Assembly: GCA_041483195.1 (NCBI GenBank)
Contig: JBGPFC010000027.1
Span: 1 to 59,284, forward strand
Source: Candidatus Eiseniibacteriota bacterium
GTDB lineage: Bacteria > Eisenbacteria > RBG-16-71-46
DNA length: 59,284 bases
Direction: 5' to 3'
The position numbers and the translations under genes were made by a program. Positions 18,635-29,173 of this stretch are shown in pieces; the first letter of the stretch is position 1; the number at the start of each line of letters is the position of its first letter. The notes beneath the pieces were generated by a model. It made no database searches, was not told the origin of the DNA, and was given only the letters and a program-made list of their open reading frames with translations.

Positions 18635-21600
18635 ATGAACCGAGCAACGCCCCTCGACCGTCGGTGTCGCGCCCTGCGGGCGTGGCTTCACGCGTGGGCG
18701 CTCGGGTTCGCTCTGCTCTCCGCTTCCACCGTCCGCGCCGCGCCGCTCACCGGCACCCCCATCGACAACACGGCCTACGCGGCAGGGAGCGACTCGCTCA
18801 CGGGCGCGCCGCTTTCGGAGGCGAGCAACACCGTCACCGCCATCGTTCAGGCGCTCGAGGGCGTATCGCTGTGGCCCGACCGCCGCGCGTCGGCGGCCGC
18901 GGGCGCCAGCGTCACGTTCGCGCACCAGATCTTGAACCGCGGCAACGCGAGCGCCGACTTTCGCATCGACGCGATCGACCTCGGAGCTGACGCTTTCGAC
19001 TTCGGCGCGTTCTCGCTCGTGGATGACGCGAACCGCGACGGCGCCGTGGGACCGGGCGACATTCCGGTCGCCAACGGCGGCGCGCTGACGCTCGCCGCGG
19101 GCGACTCGGCCTACCTGCTCGTCACCGTGAGCGTTCCACTCACCGCGCCCGGCTCGGCGCTCGGCCGTTTCTCGCTTCGCGCCACGAGCCTCTTCCAGTT
19201 CGTGACAGCGTCGGTCACGGACTCCGTCGACACGAACGCTCTCTCGCAGCCCCCGGCGCTCGCTTTCTACTCCGGCCCGGGCTACGCCGCGACCATCCGC
19301 GCGACCGCGCTCGGCGCGCCGCTCTTCGTGCAGGCCTCGGCGCCGCAGTGCAACCTGAGCCCGGGCGAGCCCGACACCGTGCGCATCACCCTCACGTCGC
19401 AGCTGACCGGCGACTCGGACACCTTTGGTGCCATCGAGACCGGCCCCGCCACCGGGATCTTCCGCATCAACGGCGCGCCCGTCTCCGCGGTGCAGGGCTC
19501 CGCGCAGACCGGAGACGGCGTGGTCGAGCAGGCGCGCGGCGATCTCATCACCGCCACGCTGCCCGGTTGCGGCGCGACCGAGACGCGCGCGAACGTGTGG
19601 GTCGAGCCGAGCGGCACGGTGTTCGATTCGCGCAGCGACGCCGCGGTGGCCGGGGCGCGGGTTCAGCTCGTGGACCTGACGGGCGCCGGGAACGGCGGCG
19701 CGGCGGGCGGGCGCGCGACCGTCCTCGCGCTCGATGGCGTCACGCCGGCGCCCGCCGACGTGCTCACCGACGCCGCTGGCCGCTTCTCGTTCCCGGTCGT
19801 GAACGCGAGCACCTACCGGCTAGTGGTGACGCCGCCGCCGCCTTACCGATTCCCTTCGCTCGCCGCGATCGGGTCGCTCCCCGCGGGCCGCGTGCTGGAC
19901 GTCGCCGGTTCGTACGGCGGGCCATTCACGATCGCGACCAATGGCGAGCCGGTGCGCCTCGACGTGCCCGTCGACGGCAATGCATCCGTCGCGTTGTTCG
20001 TCGAGAAGACCGCGTCCCGGCCCGTGGTCGAGTGGGGCGACGAGTTCGACTTCCGCATCAGGGTCGCGAATCGCTCCGACAGCGCACTCGCGTCGGTGAC
20101 GCTCGCCGACGGCCTCCCTCCGGGGTTCGTGTTGGTGCGCGGAACCGCGCGCCTCGCCGGCGCGCCGGCCGCCGATCCGCAGGGGGGCGCGGGCCCCGCG
20201 CTCGGATTCGCGCTCGGCGCGCTCGCGGCGCACGACGAGCTCGAGCTGCTCTACCGCGTTCGCGTCGGCCCCAACGCGGCCCCCGGGGACGCGCGCAGCG
20301 AGGTCACGGCCCACGCGGGTGGGGTGGTGTCGAACACCGCGACCGCGACGGTCCGCGTGCAGGGCGACGCGTTTGCAGACGAAGGCCTCGTGACCGGCAC
20401 GGTGTACTACGACGCGAACGTCGACGGCATGCAATCGGGCGGCGAACCCGGCCTCGCCGGCGTCCGCCTTTACCTCGACGACGGCACCTTCGCCGTGACC
20501 GACGAGCACGGCCGCTACAGCTTCACCGGGGTCACGCCCCGCACCCACGCCCTCAAGGTGGACACGGCCACGCTTCCGCCGATGGCGAAGATCGCCGATC
20601 GCGACCACCGAGGCGCGGGTCTCCCGGGCGTCCGCTTCGTCGATCTGACGCGTGGCGACCTCGTGCGCTCGGATTTCGCCGCCGTCGGGGACACCACGCT
20701 GTTGCGCGACGCGACCGACCGGCGCGTGGCGCTCGCGAGCCGCGGCGCCGACGAGCGCGCGCGCTGGCTGGCCCTCGGGCCCGAGGCGCTCGCGGGTGCG
20801 CGCGGTCTCACCGACCCGCGCGCGTTGCCCGCCTCGAGAATCGTGACCGGCGAGAGCGAGCTTCCGGTCGTGATGACCTCGCCGGCCGCGGCCGTCGCCC
20901 CTTCGTCCGTATCGCCCGTGGCGCTCGAGGCCACGGCGATCGACCACATCCTGCCGACGCTCGAGCCCGAGTTGGGCTTCGTGGGGCTCAGCGACTACGA
21001 CACGGTTGCGACCAACCAGATCCCGGTCGCGGTCAAGGGCCGCCTCGGCACCCGGCTAGTGCTGCGAGTCAACGGCACGCCGCTGCCCGAGTCGCGCGTC
21101 GGCCGCCGGTTCCTGGCGCCGCGCCAGGATCTGGAAGTGTGGGAGTACATCGGCGTGCCGTTGCGGCCCGGACTCAACGTGCTCGAGCTCGCGCCGCCGC
21201 CGGGCGGCCGTGTCTCGCTGCGCATCGTGGCGCCCGGCCCGTTCGCGCGACTCGAGCTGAGCGCGCCGCGCGGCGTGCCCGCCGACGGCCACAGCGCGGC
21301 CTCGCTGCTGCTGCGTGCGGTGGACATCGCGGGCGTCCCGGTCGGCGAGCGGACCCTGGTCACACTCGAAGCGGGCGCCGGGCGGCTCTCGGCATCCGAC
21401 CTGGACCCCGCCTCGCCGGGCCTGCAGCTCGCGATCGAGGGCGGCACGCTGCGGGTGCCGCTGGTCGCGCCCGCGACGCCGTCCACGTACAAAGTCACGG
21501 CGTCCGCGGGGGATGTCCGCGTCGCCGAGAACGTGGAGTTCGTCCCCGACCTGCGCCCCCTGATCGCGGTCGGCGCGCTCGAGGGCGTGGTCTCGCTGCG

Positions 21601-23989
21601 CCATTTCCGTCACGGCACCGACGTGGGCGCGCAGCCGGGCGATGGCTTCGAGGCGCCCATCGAACAGTTCGCCAGCTCGAGCCAGAACGGCCGCGCGTCC
21701 GCCGCGGCCCACGGTGCCATGTTCGTGAAGGGCCGCGTGCGTGAACGCCTGCTGCTCACGGTGGGTTGGGACTCGGATCGCCCACGCGACCAGCGGCAAT
21801 TCCGAGACCAGCAGCCCGAGCGCGGCTTCCCCGTGTTCGGCGACGCCGCTGCCCGCGGCTGGGAGGCGCAGTCCACCGGGCAGCTCTACGCTCGGCTCGA
21901 ACAACGCGACGCGTCGGTGCTCTACGGCGATTTCGTCACCGGGGGCGCGGCCACTCGCTCGCTCGGCAACTACAGTCGCAGCCTCACCGGCGCGGCGGCA
22001 CGATGGGAGACACCCGCGGGACTCGTGAGCGCGTTCTCGAGCCGCGACCGCTCGACCCACGCGATCGACGAGCTCCGTGGTGAGGGCACCTCGGGTCCCT
22101 ACCAGCTCACGCGGCTGCCCATGCTCGAGAACTCCGAGCGCGTCGAGATCATCGTGCGCGACCGCGCGCAGCCCTCGATCGTGCGCTCCGCCACGGGACG
22201 CCAGCGCTTCACCGACTACGAGATCGAGCCCCTGACCGGGCGCCTCCTCATGCGCGCGCCGGTGCCGAGCGTGGACGCCGACCTGAATCCCATGTACGTG
22301 CGCGTCACCTACGAAGTCACGGGCGGCGCTGCGCCAGCTTGGGTGCATGGCATGGAGGGACGCGTGCGGGTGAGTCCGCGGCTCGATCTGGGCGGCACCT
22401 ACGTCGACGACCACGATCCGTCGGCGCCATTCGAGCTGCGCTCGATCACGGCCTCCACGCGCCTCGACCCGGGCACGGTGTTCGAAACCGAGTGGGCCGC
22501 GACTCGACATCTCGGCGGAGCGAACGGCGACGCGGGGCGCTTCGAGCTACGGCGCGAGGACCCGGGCCTGCGCGCGCGCGTGTGGGGCGCGGCGACCTCG
22601 ATCGGATTCGACAACCCCGGCGCCGGCATGGCCAGCGGCCGAAGCGAAGCCGGCGTGAACCTGAGTGCGCGTCTGGCGGGCCGGACACGGCTGAACACCG
22701 AGGCGCTGTTCTCATCCGACGCGCTGGGCCGCGAGCGGCGTGAGGGTCTCATGATGTCGCTCGACCGCGCGCTCGACGACGCGCTGCGCGGCGAGCTGGG
22801 CCTGCGCTGGGCGCGTGCGCGCCGGCGGGGCGCGACCTCCGACCCGGCGAGCGCCGCGGTGCGCGCCAAGCTTTCCGCGCAGTGGCCGAAGCACCCGGAA
22901 TGGAGCGGCTACGGCGAGCTCGAGCAGGACACGCGCGAATTCGACCGCCGCATGGCCGCCCTCGGCGGCGAATATCGCTTCAGCTCGAGGGGTCGCCTCT
23001 ACACGCGCCACGAGCTGCTCTCCAGCTTCTCGTCGGCGTGGGCGCTGGCGGGTGCTCAGAGCCAGGCGCAAAGCGTGGTCGGCATCGACGCCGACGTCGC
23101 GAAGGACGCCCACGTTTTCAGCGAGTACCGGCTCGGGGACGTGCTCGGCGGTCGTGAGGCGCAGGCGGCGGTCGGGCTTCGCAACGGCTGGGCGCTTCCG
23201 GGCGGCACCCGCGTCGGGACCGCGATCGAGCGCGTGGATCCGCTCCGCGGCAGCGACGCCGGCGCGAGCACGGCGATCACCGGCAGCGTGGAGTGGACCG
23301 GCGACGCGGTGTGGAAGGGCTCGTCGCGCGCGGAACTGCGCACGAGCCGGTCCTCCGACCAGTTCCTGCAGGGCATGGCGGGGGCCGTGAAGCTCGACTC
23401 CGCATGGACCGGACTCGGGCGCTATCTGCTCACGCTCGAACGCCGGCACCGTCAGGGCAGCGCCGCACGCGAGCGGATGCAGCTCGCGGCGGCGTATCGC
23501 CCGGGCGGCGCGTGGGACGCGCTCGCCCGGTGGGAGCTGCACTACGACCTCGAGACGATTCCGCCGGAGACGCCCGTGCGCCGCGTCGCGAACGTCGCGG
23601 GGTTCGCGGCCACCGGGCGATCGAAGGGGTACGAGGGGTCGCTCGCGTGGGCGGGCAAGCTCACGCGGGAGCAATCGGCGGGGATCACCAGCACGGGCGG
23701 CGCGGAGTGGCTGCACGGCCGCGTCACGCGCGACATCGGCCGCAGCTGGGACTGCGGTCTCACGGCCAGCGTGCTCGCGGGTCGCCGGCTCGCGCAACGA
23801 CGGTACGGCTTCGGCGCAGAGGCCGGGAGAATTCTCCCCGGCGGCACCTGGCTGTCGCTGGGCTTCAATCGGTTCGGCTACGTCGACGACGAGCTGACGG
23901 GGGAGGAGTGGACGCGCACCGGCGCCTACCTGCGCGTGCGGGTCAAGTTCGACGAGACCACATTCCAGCACTGGGAGGTGCGTCCGTGA
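18635..23989 (+). CDS. Large DUF11/SdrD-B-domain protein with probable C-terminal outer-membrane beta-barrel (operon gene C)
   Basis: Signal peptide ending STVRA; Ig domains; complete DUF11 (LFVEKTAS...ADGLPPG...SNTATATV); SdrD-B-like GTVYYDANVDG..GEPGLAGVRLYL; about 700 aa of amphipathic strands ending GAYLRVRVKFDE. Confidence 0.85.
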   Translation: MNRATPLDRRCRALRAWLHAWALGFALLSASTVRAAPLTGTPIDNTAYAAGSDSLTGAPLSEASNTVTAIVQALEGVSLWPDRRASAAAGASVTFAHQILNRGNASADFRIDAIDLGADAFDFGAFSLVDDANRDGAVGPGDIPVANGGALTLAAGDSAYLLVTVSVPLTAPGSALGRFSLRATSLFQFVTASVTDSVDTNALSQPPALAFYSGPGYAATIRATALGAPLFVQASAPQCNLSPGEPDTVRITLTSQLTGDSDTFGAIETGPATGIFRINGAPVSAVQGSAQTGDGVVEQARGDLITATLPGCGATETRANVWVEPSGTVFDSRSDAAVAGARVQLVDLTGAGNGGAAGGRATVLALDGVTPAPADVLTDAAGRFSFPVVNASTYRLVVTPPPPYRFPSLAAIGSLPAGRVLDVAGSYGGPFTIATNGEPVRLDVPVDGNASVALFVEKTASRPVVEWGDEFDFRIRVANRSDSALASVTLADGLPPGFVLVRGTARLAGAPAADPQGGAGPALGFALGALAAHDELELLYRVRVGPNAAPGDARSEVTAHAGGVVSNTATATVRVQGDAFADEGLVTGTVYYDANVDGMQSGGEPGLAGVRLYLDDGTFAVTDEHGRYSFTGVTPRTHALKVDTATLPPMAKIADRDHRGAGLPGVRFVDLTRGDLVRSDFAAVGDTTLLRDATDRRVALASRGADERARWLALGPEALAGARGLTDPRALPASRIVTGESELPVVMTSPAAAVAPSSVSPVALEATAIDHILPTLEPELGFVGLSDYDTVATNQIPVAVKGRLGTRLVLRVNGTPLPESRVGRRFLAPRQDLEVWEYIGVPLRPGLNVLELAPPPGGRVSLRIVAPGPFARLELSAPRGVPADGHSAASLLLRAVDIAGVPVGERTLVTLEAGAGRLSASDLDPASPGLQLAIEGGTLRVPLVAPATPSTYKVTASAGDVRVAENVEFVPDLRPLIAVGALEGVVSLRHFRHGTDVGAQPGDGFEAPIEQFASSSQNGRASAAAHGAMFVKGRVRERLLLTVGWDSDRPRDQRQFRDQQPERGFPVFGDAAARGWEAQSTGQLYARLEQRDASVLYGDFVTGGAATRSLGNYSRSLTGAAARWETPAGLVSAFSSRDRSTHAIDELRGEGTSGPYQLTRLPMLENSERVEIIVRDRAQPSIVRSATGRQRFTDYEIEPLTGRLLMRAPVPSVDADLNPMYVRVTYEVTGGAAPAWVHGMEGRVRVSPRLDLGGTYVDDHDPSAPFELRSITASTRLDPGTVFETEWAATRHLGGANGDAGRFELRREDPGLRARVWGAATSIGFDNPGAGMASGRSEAGVNLSARLAGRTRLNTEALFSSDALGRERREGLMMSLDRALDDALRGELGLRWARARRRGATSDPASAAVRAKLSAQWPKHPEWSGYGELEQDTREFDRRMAALGGEYRFSSRGRLYTRHELLSSFSSAWALAGAQSQAQSVVGIDADVAKDAHVFSEYRLGDVLGGREAQAAVGLRNGWALPGGTRVGTAIERVDPLRGSDAGASTAITGSVEWTGDAVWKGSSRAELRTSRSSDQFLQGMAGAVKLDSAWTGLGRYLLTLERRHRQGSAARERMQLAAAYRPGGAWDALARWELHYDLETIPPETPVRRVANVAGFAATGRSKGYEGSLAWAGKLTREQSAGITSTGGAEWLHGRVTRDIGRSWDCGLTASVLAGRRLAQRRYGFGAEAGRILPGGTWLSLGFNRFGYVDDELTGEEWTRTGAYLRVRVKFDETTFQHWEVRP

Positions 23990-26900
23990 TGCGCCGCGCG
24001 TTGATCGGCGCGCTCGCGGCGCTGGCCGTCGTGCTGATCGCCTCGCCGGCCGCTTCGCAGGTCGTGCGCGCGTTCGGCACGCGCTTCAGCACCAACCAGC
24101 CGGGCGACATCACGCTGATCGGCAACACGATCATGACCTGCAATGGCGGCGGCGCCTGCACCAACGGGCGCAACGGTGCCGGCGGCAGCGTGAACGACAA
24201 CGACTTCACGATGGTGTACACCGACGTCGACGCCGACGGCACGACCTTCTCATCGAGCAGCGCCACGCTCGCGCTGCCGCCCGGCGCGACGGTGCTGTGG
24301 GCGGGATTGTATTGGGGCGGCTACACGAACAACGCAGCGCGCAACACCTGCCGGCTGCAGACACCGGCCGCGGGCTACGCCGCCCTCACCGCGGCGCAAA
24401 TTGATGCCAGTGGCCAGGCATACCAGTGCTTCGCGAACGTCACCGCGAACGTGCAGGCGGGCGGCAGCGGCGCGTACACCGTTGCGAACGTGCGCTCGAC
24501 GCCCAACTCGACGAACGTGCACGGCGGCTGGTCGATCGTGATCGTCTACAGCCTCGCCTCCCAGCCGCCGCGCAACCTGGTCGTGTTCGACGGCTACGCG
24601 CTGGTCTCGGGCACCACGACGGTCAACATCAACGTGACGGGCTTCGTGACGCCGCCCGCCGGCATCGTGAACACCAAGCTGGGCGTGGTCGCGTACGAAG
24701 GCGACCTCGGATTCCCCGGGGATGCGTTCCGGCTGAACGGCACGTCGCTCGCCGACGCGAACAACCCGGCGAACAACTTCTTCAACAGTTCGATCAGCCT
24801 GCTCGGCACCACGTTCGCCGCGAAGAACCCGAATTACCTGAACCAGCTCGGCTTCGACTCCGACCTGATCTCCGCGAATGGCATCCTGCCGAACGGCGCG
24901 ACCAGCGCGACCATCACGCTGACCACGAACGGCGACACGTACTACCCGGGCGTGGTGGCGTTCGCGACCGACCTGTACGCGCCGGTGTTCGACGCCGCCA
25001 ACTTCACCAAGACCGTGTCCGACGTGAACGGCGGCAGCGTACAGCCGGGCGACGTGCTCGAGTACACGGTCACGATGCGCAACAACGGCCAGGACCACGC
25101 GATCGCCTGCGTCATGCGCGACACGATCCCGGCCAACGTCGCATACGTCGCGGGCTCGCTGCAGGTGGTGAGCGGGCCGAACGCCGGCGCCAAATCCGAC
25201 GCGGCGGGCGACGACCAGATGGAGTACGCCGCCGCCTCGCGCTCGGTGGTCGCGCGGTTGGGGGCCGGAGCGACCTCGGCGGCCGGCGGGCAGATGGACA
25301 TTGGCGTCACGAGCAGCGTTCGCTTCCGGGTGTCGGTCACGCCGCCGGCGCCCAACGGCAGCTCGGTCTCGAACCAGGGCTGGCTGGCGTTCACGGGCGC
25401 GCAGTCGGGGGTGAACTTCGTCGCGCAAAGCGACGGGAACGTGGTCGTCGGCGGGCTGCAGCCCACGGTCGTCACGGTGGCGGCCTCGCGCATGCTCGGC
25501 ACGGTCTTCGAGGACGTGGGCTACGGCGGCGGCGCGGGCCGCTCGCTCGCAGCATCGGGCGGCAGCGGCCGGCCCGGCGCGCGCGTCGAGCTCTACGACG
25601 GAGCCGGCGCTTTCATACAATTCGCCCGCACCGACGCGACGGGCCTGTACACGTTCGACGGATGGCCGGCGGGGAGCTACACGGTGCGCATCGTGAACTC
25701 GTCGGTGCGCTCGTCGCGCCCGGGCGCCGCCGCTGGCCTGCTGCCGGTGCAGACCTGGCGAACTACCGAATCGACCGGGTCCGCGGTCGCGGTCACCGAT
25801 CATGTGGGCGGCGAGAATCCGTCGATCGTCGACGCCGACTCGAACACAACGTCCGCCACGCTCGCCTCACTCACGACCGGCGCGGCCACCCCGCAGTCGG
25901 TGACTACGGTGACGCTGGGTGCCGGCGACATCGCCGGCCTGGACTTCGGGCTCAACTTCGACACCATCGTGAGCACGCGCGACGCGGGACAGGGCTCGCT
26001 CCGGCAGTTCCTGCTCAATGCCAACGCGCTCGGCAACGCCGGGCTCGCGCAGGCCGGGCAGACCGCGGGCGTCGAGACGTCGGTGTTCATGATCGGTGAC
26101 GGTCTCGCGCACCCGGGGCTGCGCGCGGGGACCCCGAACCTGCTCAGCGCGGGGGTCGCGCGTATCTCGCCGATCGCAACGCTCCCCGCGATCACCGACC
26201 CCGGCACGCGCATCGACGGCGAAACGCAGACGACGGACGTCGGCAACACCAACGCCACCACGATGGGCGGAGGGCTCGTGGCCGGCGTCGACGCCACGCC
26301 CGTGCCGCCGGTCGCCGGCCCCGAAGTCGAGATCCGCGACGGCGCGGGGCTCGCGATCGGCCTCGACCTGCAGGACGCCGGCGAAACGGTGGCGCGGGTC
26401 GCCATCTCCGGGTTCGGTAATGCGGCGGGCAGCGCGAACGACGCATGCGTGCGCGTGGGCGCCGCCGCGAACAACGCCACGCTGACGAATTGCGTGATCG
26501 GCGCGACCGCGCTCGCCTGGGCCGATCCCGGTGCAGCGCTGCGCGCCGGCGGAGACCTGGTGCGTGTGTCGGGGGCCGATGCCGGCACCCTCACGAGCTG
26601 CCTGCTCGGCTGGTCGGCCGGCAGCGCGCTGACGCTGGCTTCCGGCTCCGACGGCTGGATCATGAGCGGCTGCGAGCTGCGCGGCAACTCGATCGGCAAC
26701 CCCGCGCGCGGCGCGCTCTCGATCGAGGCGAGCCTGGGTTCGTCGGTGAGCGCGTGCTGGATCGGCGAAACGGAAGGCAACGGCATCGACGCGCGCACAA
26801 GCACGGGCTCGAACACGTTCACCGACGTCACCGTGCGCCGCAGCGGCCTCGGCGCCGGCGCGACCGCGGCCAGCGCGGGCGTGAGGCTGGGTGGGACCGG

Positions 26901-28917
26901 GAATCGCGTGGACCGCTGCGTGCTGACGCAGAACTTCGGCGCCGGCCTGCAGGTGCCGAGCGGCGTCACCAACAACACGCTGACGCGCAACGCAATCTCG
27001 CTCAACGGGACGATCCTGAACAACGGCGGCGCCGGCCCGTCTGGCGAGGTCGGCATCGATCTGCAGTCGCCGGGCGACGACGTCACGCAGGGCACCGCGC
27101 CGTATCGCACCCTCAATGACAACGGCGACGGCGATGCCGGCGGCAACGCGCTGCTCAACTACCCGGTACTCGCGAGCGCCGTGCTCGCGAACGGCAGCTT
27201 CACGCTCACCGGCTGGGCGCGGCCCGGCTCCACCATCGAGCTGTTCGTGAGCGACGGCGAAGCGAGCGGATTCGGCGAGGGCGCGGCCTGGTCCGCGACG
27301 TTCGTCGAGGGCTCGGGCGCCGACCTCGATGCGGGGGTCAGCGCGTACCCGGCCACGGTGAACGGGCTGGCGCAGGGCACCGACGTGACGAACCGATTCC
27401 GTTTCACCGTGGCGGCGCCTCCCGGAGTCGCCTCGGGCGTGGCGTTGACCGCGACCGCGACGATCGCGGGGACGGGCACTTCGGAGTTCTCGGGCGTGGT
27501 CCTGGTTTCGACGGGCGTGAGCATGAGCGGCTGGGCGTACGAGGACCTCAGCCACGACTCCTCGCGCGGCGCGTCCGAGGCGGGAACGGGCGCCGCGCTG
27601 TACGCGAAGCTCTACGTCAGCGGCAACCCGATCGCTTCGCAGGTCGTGCCGGTGGACGTCGCGACCGGCGCGTACGCATTCACGTTCGTCAGCTCCGGCG
27701 CGTGGGACGTGCACGTCGACACCGACTCGAATCCCGCAACGTTCGCCCCCACGTATCCCGCGGGCTGGATCGGAACGGAGAATCCGGCCGGTGTCCGCGC
27801 CTCGCTCACGGTCAACGCCACCGACGTCGCCAACGTGAACTTCGGCATGTGGCACGGCAGCCGCGTCGACGGCGTCGTGTTTCGAGACGACGGCACCGGC
27901 GGCATCGCGAACGACGGCGTGATGCAGGCGGGTGAGGCCGGGCAGTCGCCGGTCCGCGTGCGACTCGTCGCCGCAGCGTGCGCGGGCGGCGAGTGCGACT
28001 CGACGCTGACGGACGGCGCCGGCGCGTTCACGCTGTGGCTGGCCGCGGCGGCATCCGGGCCGAACGTGATGGTGCAGGCGGTCGTCGCCTCGGGCTGGCT
28101 CTCCACCGGCGGCGGGGAGGGGACGACCGGCGGCGCATACGATCGCCCCTCGGACGCCGTCAGCTTCTCCGCCGTCGCGGGCCTCCCGTACTCGGGGCTC
28201 GCGTTCGGCGGCGTGCCGCGCAATTCCTGGATCGCGCCCCAGGCGGGAACGATCGCGGCGGGCGGCGTCGCCTTCTACGCACACCGCCTCACCGCGGGCA
28301 GCGCGGGAAGCGCCTCGTTCTCGGCCGCCGAAGCGCCGTCGCCCGCGCTGCCCGGATGGAGCGTTGAGCTCTACCGCGATCTCAACTGCAACGGCGCGAT
28401 CGACGCCGGTGAGCCGATGCTGGTGCCGGCGACGGCGATCGCGCTCGCGGCGGGCTCCAGCGTATGCGTGGTGGCGAAGCACTCGGCGCCGGCGGGTGCC
28501 CCCACGGGCGCGCTCGAGACCGCGACGCTCACCGCGAGCTTCCAATACGCGAATGCGAGCCCCGCCCTCGCGGGGAGCGACGCGCTCGACGACGTGACCA
28601 CGATCGCGCTTGCAAGCGGCCTCGTCATCACGAAGAGCGTGGATCTCACGACCGCGAGGCCGGGCGATTACCTCGTCTACACGATCACCTACCTCAATCC
28701 CGGCGGTCAGGCGCTCTCGAACATCGTCCTCCGCGATGCCACCCCGGCATGGACGGTGTTCGACTCCGCCACCTGGGCCGGCCCGGGCTTCGGGATCACC
28801 GGTTGTTCGCTCGCCCAGCCGGCCGCCGGCGCCTCGGGACCGGTCTCATGGACGCTCGCGGGGACGCTCGCCCCGGGTGGAACCGGCAGCGTGACCTACC
28901 GCGTTCGGGTGCAGTAG
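23989..28917 (+). CDS. Large secreted adhesin-like protein: N-terminal beta domain, DUF11, SdrD-B-like domains, right-handed beta-helix, C-terminal incomplete DUF11 (operon gene D)
   Basis: ATG overlaps the gene C stop (TGATG); signal peptide; RDAGQGSLRQF motif preceding G/N/I-rich helix repeats; ends GTLAPGGTGSVTYRVRVQ. Confidence 0.88.
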   Translation: MRRALIGALAALAVVLIASPAASQVVRAFGTRFSTNQPGDITLIGNTIMTCNGGGACTNGRNGAGGSVNDNDFTMVYTDVDADGTTFSSSSATLALPPGATVLWAGLYWGGYTNNAARNTCRLQTPAAGYAALTAAQIDASGQAYQCFANVTANVQAGGSGAYTVANVRSTPNSTNVHGGWSIVIVYSLASQPPRNLVVFDGYALVSGTTTVNINVTGFVTPPAGIVNTKLGVVAYEGDLGFPGDAFRLNGTSLADANNPANNFFNSSISLLGTTFAAKNPNYLNQLGFDSDLISANGILPNGATSATITLTTNGDTYYPGVVAFATDLYAPVFDAANFTKTVSDVNGGSVQPGDVLEYTVTMRNNGQDHAIACVMRDTIPANVAYVAGSLQVVSGPNAGAKSDAAGDDQMEYAAASRSVVARLGAGATSAAGGQMDIGVTSSVRFRVSVTPPAPNGSSVSNQGWLAFTGAQSGVNFVAQSDGNVVVGGLQPTVVTVAASRMLGTVFEDVGYGGGAGRSLAASGGSGRPGARVELYDGAGAFIQFARTDATGLYTFDGWPAGSYTVRIVNSSVRSSRPGAAAGLLPVQTWRTTESTGSAVAVTDHVGGENPSIVDADSNTTSATLASLTTGAATPQSVTTVTLGAGDIAGLDFGLNFDTIVSTRDAGQGSLRQFLLNANALGNAGLAQAGQTAGVETSVFMIGDGLAHPGLRAGTPNLLSAGVARISPIATLPAITDPGTRIDGETQTTDVGNTNATTMGGGLVAGVDATPVPPVAGPEVEIRDGAGLAIGLDLQDAGETVARVAISGFGNAAGSANDACVRVGAAANNATLTNCVIGATALAWADPGAALRAGGDLVRVSGADAGTLTSCLLGWSAGSALTLASGSDGWIMSGCELRGNSIGNPARGALSIEASLGSSVSACWIGETEGNGIDARTSTGSNTFTDVTVRRSGLGAGATAASAGVRLGGTGNRVDRCVLTQNFGAGLQVPSGVTNNTLTRNAISLNGTILNNGGAGPSGEVGIDLQSPGDDVTQGTAPYRTLNDNGDGDAGGNALLNYPVLASAVLANGSFTLTGWARPGSTIELFVSDGEASGFGEGAAWSATFVEGSGADLDAGVSAYPATVNGLAQGTDVTNRFRFTVAAPPGVASGVALTATATIAGTGTSEFSGVVLVSTGVSMSGWAYEDLSHDSSRGASEAGTGAALYAKLYVSGNPIASQVVPVDVATGAYAFTFVSSGAWDVHVDTDSNPATFAPTYPAGWIGTENPAGVRASLTVNATDVANVNFGMWHGSRVDGVVFRDDGTGGIANDGVMQAGEAGQSPVRVRLVAAACAGGECDSTLTDGAGAFTLWLAAAASGPNVMVQAVVASGWLSTGGGEGTTGGAYDRPSDAVSFSAVAGLPYSGLAFGGVPRNSWIAPQAGTIAAGGVAFYAHRLTAGSAGSASFSAAEAPSPALPGWSVELYRDLNCNGAIDAGEPMLVPATAIALAAGSSVCVVAKHSAPAGAPTGALETATLTASFQYANASPALAGSDALDDVTTIALASGLVITKSVDLTTARPGDYLVYTITYLNPGGQALSNIVLRDATPAWTVFDSATWAGPGFGITGCSLAQPAAGASGPVSWTLAGTLAPGGTGSVTYRVRVQ

Positions 28918-29173
28918 TGCGCGCACCGAAACGGGTTCGGGTGTCACGACGAGGGTCGTCACGTGACGGCTTGAAGACCCGCATCGGCGCGAAGGCAGAC
29001 GGGCGAGAAGATACCGGAGGCGCCAAGTATTCATCCGCCCCGGATGGCGACAGCGGTCCATGCAGATTGCAGTTTGCACGCGCTCGTTGCGCGATCGGGT
29101 CAATGCGCCTCAGTCCCGGTGCTCGCGCCGGCCTAACCGGTTGCAATGGCGCCGATCACCCGCGGCAGCTTGG

